The notes beneath the pieces were generated by a model that saw only the letters and a list, made by a program, of their open reading frames with translations, did not search any database and was not told the origin of the DNA. A program made the position numbers and the translations under genes. From contig JBHGNT010001214.1 in NCBI GenBank assembly GCA_043228905.1, positions 1 through 10,926 on the forward strand: a stretch of DNA of 10,926 nucleotides. The letters are read 5' to 3'. Shown one piece after another: positions 8,102-10,926 of the stretch; position 1 is the first letter of the stretch, and every line of letters begins with the position of its first letter. Origin of the DNA: Azolla caroliniana. Its lineage: Eukaryota > Plantae > Polypodiophyta.

Positions 8102-9856
8102 TCCGCCATGAGTTTCGATTGCCATGAAGACATGAATGGAATATTTTACACTTGAGATACAGCTCCGATGCTGCCCAGGTGTGTCGATACAGCATGGTGG
8201 AAAAGCGAGGAGGTGCTTATTCGAAGTTCGAACGAACGACGTGCCTGGAGCCAGTGACTGAGCATCAAGCGTCCAATTTTCCGGGGGACTCCCTTGACGG
8301 GTTGTGTATCTTCGGCCAAAGTGTCTAGCATGCCGACAATGTGCCTTCAGTCTTCACGACAGCTAGATTGCACCTTCCGGCTGAAGTTGATGGAGAAGTG
8401 ACGGGAGCGACGGGATGTATTAATATGCTTCGGGATGTGAAAGATGTGGTTAAATCAAAGTGCCCAACGTGGTGCACCACTGCACCACAGCAAAGTGTGG
8501 CTGGGCCTGCAGCACTGTCGATCCCGTAATTCGTAACAGGGTGGCTGTATGTGCGCCCGACGTTCCTGGGGCTCCAACCCCAGTGCTCCGCGGCTCTGGG
8601 AAAGGCCAGCAACCACGACAAGCGTCGGGAGCCTGTTTAATTGTTGATTGTTATGCCCAGTGTTCCCTGTGGGCCCTGTGGGGCGAGAAATAATTACATT
8701 TAGAGAGCTGTTCACCTGTTCTCTGGGACGGTCCGAAAGCAATGGTCCTACTGCTTTTTTGTAGTTTACAGAGCACGCGTAACGACAGGGTTTGTGCGTA
8801 CTCCGTCGTAAATTCATGATAGACCGGCATCTTGGGAACGTCGATCATATCGACTTGTCGAGTGGGGGTCGGTCGTTTGGACATGGGTTGGGTGCATGAT
8901 ATGCATGCTGGCGGTCAATTACCATCGAACCATCGAAAGATTTGCAGTTCAGGACCTGCACAATCCTGAAATCATAGTATGGTGCTGACACGATCCATGA
9001 TTCTCAGTCAAGGCACAGCGTGCGGCGCGAGCTGTCGAGTGTCTAGTTTCGACGTTGCATCATGTGGTCACTGAACACCATGATACTCGAATCGACGGAT
9101 TGGCGCTTGGGTCTTAAGCCAGGGTACTACAAGAACAGCTTCGACCCGTCGCCAAGCTCAAGCATCCGGCACTGATGACGGGAAGGACTGTGGAAGTGCA
9201 GAAGGTTTCCTTTTTGGCGGACGGGCTTTGATCTGGCCTGGAACCCTTGGAGCCTGCGTTCCCCGACCCACGGGACCACGGGAGTGTCTCGGGCCGTCGG
9301 CCTAGTTCTGCTGCACAGTTCTACAAACACATTACAGTTGTCAGCATGATCCACGCCTTTTCCTCAGCCCATATTGATTACGATAGCCCTGCACCAGAGC
9401 AGCTGTTACGAAGTGCTCAATCTGAGCGACGAGGACTCGAGGAGTCCAAATCGTAGGAAAGGAACAGCGCTTGATCGGCAGGAGCACCTAACCCTCCGCC
9501 GCCTTCTTCTTTTCACGCCTTCCAACGATGGTAGCCAAAGGCCTCGTCCTGTGGCAAAATCATTAGGCATCTTCACACCAAAGCTGGTACTGTATCCGCA
9601 CAATCTACACGCAGTAGACCCTAATTTCTTCTTTGAGCGAATCCCAAAGGAACATCGATCTGTAGCTCATGCAAGAGCGGGAACACCAGCAAATTCGAGG
9701 GGACCACGCGACAAGCGAGACCAGTGCGAGACCCAAGCAATTGTTCAAGGACCGCAGAAGTTGCGTGAACCCCGCTCAGCTGAGAAAACTGACAGGAGGG
9801 GGATGCTGAGTTCAACGCAAAAAAAAGGGTTCACAGCAGTGTAATAATACGCTGCC

Positions 9857-9896
9857 ATCATAGATCATACGATCATAGCGCTATCATAGCATCAGC
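9857..9896. repeat. Short degenerate repeat of ATCATA(G/C), four copies plus a partial ATCAGC
   Basis: ATCATAG ATCATACG ATCATAGCGCT ATCATAGC ATCAGC read directly from the sequence. Confidence 0.6.
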
Positions 9897-10119
9897 AGTA
9901 GCAGGGTTCAAAACTGGTTCTATGGTAGCAAGTGACCAGCCACGATAACCGTCTATACGCAGTGGCTAGTTCGTAGCGTCTCCTGTTTGTACAGCTGCTC
10001 TGAGACTTGGTTGCAAGCACTTCAATGATCTGGACAAGCTATCACCGCGTCTCTTCCACAACTCGAGGCTGTGCACCCCAGTCGTACAATTGTAGCCAGC
10101 TGCTCAAGTGAGCTGTTCC

Positions 10120-10926
10120 TTATTCTTTCCATCTCAAGCTCAAACAAACGCACCATCGACTTCTCTCCTCGACCTCCTGCGTGAACGTTTCCTTGCCCGT
10201 CCATTCACATACACCCCCAACGTTGCCAATATTATCACTGGCAGGTCCGACGAGCCACTTTCCGTGCTTCTCTTCTTGCCAATCTGGAACTAATCCAGCT
10301 TGCTCTGCTCGCTCGAGGAACTTGGAGATAGCCCAGGGACCTGTGTGAAAGCCGGCTAAGACTAGGGCGCGAGAGGTGGGGCAGTGCCTCAACAAGGCGG
10401 TGAGGGTTGAGAGAAGGGCGGATTGAGAATCGGTCAGCCAGAGACAGTCGGCCGCCAGGATTAAAGAATAGCCTTGAGGCGAGAGACTGGGGATGTGCGA
10501 GGTTGATCAGATGAAGTATATGACTTGAAGTGGAAGATAGAAGGACCCGCCTATGACCCTCCCCACCCTGGGGGACTTTCCTTATGGCCTCATCTCCATC
10601 TCACGGCACCTCCCTCAGCTGCTCCTCCAATTTTCACTCACCTGTGCACCTCTTTCTAGCCACCTCGTCCGCCCAATCCAATCCTCTTGCGCAAATCAGT
10701 TCCTCCGTACCCTCATTCGCCACGTTTCGCTTCAACGTCTGCACGATGGGCTCCGAGGGATAATCCGTGCATACTATCCGCCGATCTGTTTGCGTATTCT
10801 GGTTGATGTGCTTTAGCAGTCTGGCACATACAAGCGAAGGTAAGCCAGTTCCGGCGCCCACTTCCAAGATGGAACCCTTTCCCTTGCGCAGATCAGCGGC
10901 CTCTAGAGAAAGTCTAACTCCTTCAT
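10120..10926 (-). CDS. SAM-dependent protein methyltransferase of the Methyltransf_16 / Nnt1(Efm7)-like group, 5' end beyond the window. Exons >10926-10642 and ~10486 (or 10472)-10120; junction uncertain
   Basis: Motif I ILEVGAGTGLPSL, post-I IVCTDYP, LKRNV and GLDW precede a GTGAGT donor at 10641. The downstream frame reads YSLILAADCLW (motif II / DxxW), LVLAGFHTG and ERSRWCVCLSLRW, ending at the stop at 10122-10120. Confidence 0.85.

Noticed and set aside
9374-9844. 156-aa plus-strand ORF
   Set aside because: Non-ATG start, no Met until near the end and no recognisable domain. It cannot be supported as a gene without expression data.
9895-9920. GGTTCAAAAC resembling a tRNA T-loop / B-box
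   Set aside because: No proper T-stem, cloverleaf or upstream A-box could be built.

Overview
Eukaryotic, intron-rich fungal DNA, most likely a basidiomycete (inferred from 57-72 nt GT-AG introns, mostly GTRAGT donors, and protein content), so the prokaryote-style ORF track fragments the genes. Manual splicing gives five genes. (1) A SAGA subunit Ada3/Ngg1 on the minus strand, running off the left edge, with one unresolved frameshift. (2) A divergently transcribed mitochondrial ribosomal protein mL54 (yeast MRPL37-like). (3, 4) Two tandem six-exon paralogues encoding secreted GH128-type beta-1,3-glucanases, each with signal peptide, four 4-Cys repeats, Ser/Thr linker, catalytic domain, KKR and a conserved 18-aa C-terminal peptide. 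(5) A Methyltransf_16 (Nnt1/Efm7-like) SAM methyltransferase running off the right edge. About 1.8 kb (8270-10100) has no convincing gene. The most notable observations are the putative Kex2-released tail peptide, the exon-encoded Cys repeat module, a possible 1-nt microexon in the methyltransferase, and the Ada3 frameshift. No database searches were run; family calls are from motif recognition.
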